The notes below the pieces were generated by a model, which saw nothing but the letters and a program-made list of their open reading frames with translations, was not told the origin of the DNA and did no database searches. The position numbers and the translations under genes are program-made. DNA of 64,000 nt, taken from NCBI GenBank assembly GCA_964433415.1, contig CAYSQM010000005.1, positions 10,449 to 74,448 of the forward strand, given 5' to 3'. The stretch comes from an uncultured Pseudomonadota bacterium. GTDB taxonomy: Bacteria; Babelota; Babeliae; Babelales; CAIQNR01. Positions 62,393-64,000 of the stretch are shown here, piece by piece (position 1 is the stretch's first letter; every line of letters starts with the position of its first letter).

Positions 62393-64000
62393 ATGGAAAA
62401 ACGAACAAAATTGCGATTAGGGCTTCTTCTAAGCACGTTCGTGTGTGTCCCTTCTGCGCAAGCTATTATTTCTTCACTAGATGCTGCCGGTCTTGTAACT
62501 AATGGTACTATGAAAGTTGGTATAACTGGTAGTGTTCTTGATAAAAAAACAGGTGACTTCTATGTTGGTACTGGTGCTGGTCCTGGTTCTGGTGCGTTAG
62601 CTTTGATGGGTGCTACTTGTAGTATTGCTAAATTTTCAGTGCCAACGGGAAGTGTGATAACAGGGACTGCTATTTCATCTGCAGCAGTAAATGATGCTGT
62701 TTCTGCAATGGCAGTTTCAAATCTTACCGCATTACGTTTTGCTTGGTCAAATTCAGCGGGTACCAATATTGATTTTATCAATGTAACTGATGGAATTACT
62801 ACGGGTACTATGCTAGCAGCAGTAACTGATGCTGCCGGTGCTGTTGGTGGTGATATTAAAGGTTTGGCTGTTAATGATACTCATGCGTTTTCTTTAGTTT
62901 CAGCAAATGGTGCGGCTTTTCTTGCCAACAATACTGCTTCAGGTTTGAATTCGCATGCGCTTAATGCTACAACTTTGGTTCCGGCAGCTGCGGCTTCAAC
63001 AACAGTTTTTAGTCTTGCTTCTGGAGTAGCAAATGGCTTAGGTCTTGGTATTGCAGTAACGGCTATTAATCCAACTGCAACGCCAAAAATGGTATATGAT
63101 CCAATATTTGATAAAATATATGTTGGTATTAGTTGCACTTCAGGGGCTTTAAATACTAATGGTGCTCGTTCTTTAATTATAGTAAATAATACCGCTGGAG
63201 CTTTAGCTGGTGTTGCTATTAATGGATCAGCAGATACTGCATGGGCGGATTTTGCTGGGACAGGTACTAGTAATATAGTGGGGGTGCTGAATACAGCGAC
63301 TAATCCTGCAGCTAATATACTTAAGGTAAATTTTATTGATATTATGCATACAAGTACTGGACTTAGTTATTTGATACTTAATGGTGGTATCGCAGCTACT
63401 GATATTAAAAATAATCGAGTATGGGCGTTGCCGTTGGTAACTAAAGGGTTTACTAACGAAGGTACATTTGCAGATACAACAAGTCCTATGTTTAATACGC
63501 AAGCAGCATCTGCTATAACAATGTATACAGAAACAAGTATTCCAGCGATAGTTGGAAATAGTGCGGCACCATGGCAAAATGTTGTTGGTTCAGTACCTTC
63601 TGATATGCATGTTGTTGGGGATACAGTTTATATTTCTAGTGCTACTAATCTTGCTAACACTGATGAAAGCGGAATATTGTATTCACAAGCAATCTTTGGC
63701 GCTGAAGGCAAGATTGTTCGTTGGACACGTTGGGAAAAAGCTGTACCTACAGGAATGGGGACAAATGCAGCAGATGGTTCGATTAATTCATTTGGTGTAG
63801 ATGCTCGTTCAGGAAGAATTTGGTCTGTACCTGAAGATGATGGAACTGCTGCTCGTATAGTACGTATTTCAAGTTGGGCAAATTCTACTGTTGCAACAAC
63901 ATTGCAAGGTGCAGTAGCAGCCGCACTTCCTGAAGGGGTATTTTCAATGTATAACCTTGGTCGTTCTTCTTTTAATTTTGGTGCTGAATCGCAAGGGCGT
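62393..64000 (+). CDS. 5' part (536 codons) of a large secreted G/A/T/N-rich protein; continues beyond the window
   Basis: Not in the ORF track, presumably because it has no in-window stop. ATG 62393 lies 6 nt after AAGGAG. The signal peptide is MEKRTKLRLGLLLSTFVCVPSAQA. I translated the frame by hand and found it open through base 64000. Confidence 0.75.
   Translation, partial: MEKRTKLRLGLLLSTFVCVPSAQAIISSLDAAGLVTNGTMKVGITGSVLDKKTGDFYVGTGAGPGSGALALMGATCSIAKFSVPTGSVITGTAISSAAVNDAVSAMAVSNLTALRFAWSNSAGTNIDFINVTDGITTGTMLAAVTDAAGAVGGDIKGLAVNDTHAFSLVSANGAAFLANNTASGLNSHALNATTLVPAAAASTTVFSLASGVANGLGLGIAVTAINPTATPKMVYDPIFDKIYVGISCTSGALNTNGARSLIIVNNTAGALAGVAINGSADTAWADFAGTGTSNIVGVLNTATNPAANILKVNFIDIMHTSTGLSYLILNGGIAATDIKNNRVWALPLVTKGFTNEGTFADTTSPMFNTQAASAITMYTETSIPAIVGNSAAPWQNVVGSVPSDMHVVGDTVYISSATNLANTDESGILYSQAIFGAEGKIVRWTRWEKAVPTGMGTNAADGSINSFGVDARSGRIWSVPEDDGTAARIVRISSWANSTVATTLQGAVAAALPEGVFSMYNLGRSSFNFGAESQGR

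Noticed and set aside
62560-63800. Track ORFs 62560-62781(-), 62881-63138(-), 63227-63577(-) and 63552-63800(+)
   Set aside because: All lie inside the long + strand ORF that starts at 62393 and has an RBS and a signal peptide. Their translations are low-complexity or Cys/Ile-rich, as expected for off-frame readings.
1-64000. Search for CRISPR arrays, IS/transposase/integrase genes, prophage genes, rRNA, and toxin-antitoxin or known defence-system modules
   Set aside because: None seen. There are no regularly spaced direct repeats and no DDE/tyrosine-recombinase motifs. The only AAA-ATPase (59630) is the common DUF4143 type, with no nuclease or effector partner adjacent.

Overview
AT-rich (roughly one-third G+C by eye), tightly packed bacterial chromosomal segment. 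I found no rRNA, CRISPR array, transposase or integrase. About 55 protein genes fall into two interleaved classes. (1) Recognisable housekeeping genes: hemW, secD, pgsA, an ATP-dependent Lig1-type DNA ligase, a 3-hexulose-6-P synthase-family gene, a MATE transporter, gatC-gatA, dus, mreC, FKBP, a CPA2 antiporter, hspR, two tandem csp genes, gyrA, dprA, rpmF, gltX, an RsuA/RluB-type pseudouridine synthase, mutS and grpE. There are also five tRNAs: Leu-GAG, CAU (Met or Ile2), and a Val-Asn-Asp cluster. (2) At least 16 lineage-specific ORFs with N-terminal signal-peptide-like segments and no recognisable family. These include a giant protein of about 2,035 aa rich in N/Q/S/T/A, and a cluster at 51.7-58.4 kb made of one fragmented gene, two Ala/Lys-rich ORFs and a tandem paralog pair. 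This mix suggests a reduced, host-associated bacterium, possibly Dependentiae/TM6-like; that is inference only. The most unusual item is an intact FabD-like/ACP-like gene pair (40.8-42.1 kb). It sits where the conserved rpmF-plsX-fab cluster would be, but plsX, fabH, fabG and fabF are missing. The FabD catalytic residues are substituted (including Ser to Asp at the nucleophile), and the ACP phosphopantetheine-attachment Ser is replaced by Glu. Other notable items: a GC-richer intergenic repeat family at 55.3-59.6 kb; signal-peptide proteins with kinase-like and PRTase-like motifs; an SppA-like protein lacking the nucleophile Ser; a csp tandem duplication that includes UTR and terminator; and a long ORF open to the 3' window edge that the ORF track does not list. 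All family calls come from motif recognition by eye, not from database searches.
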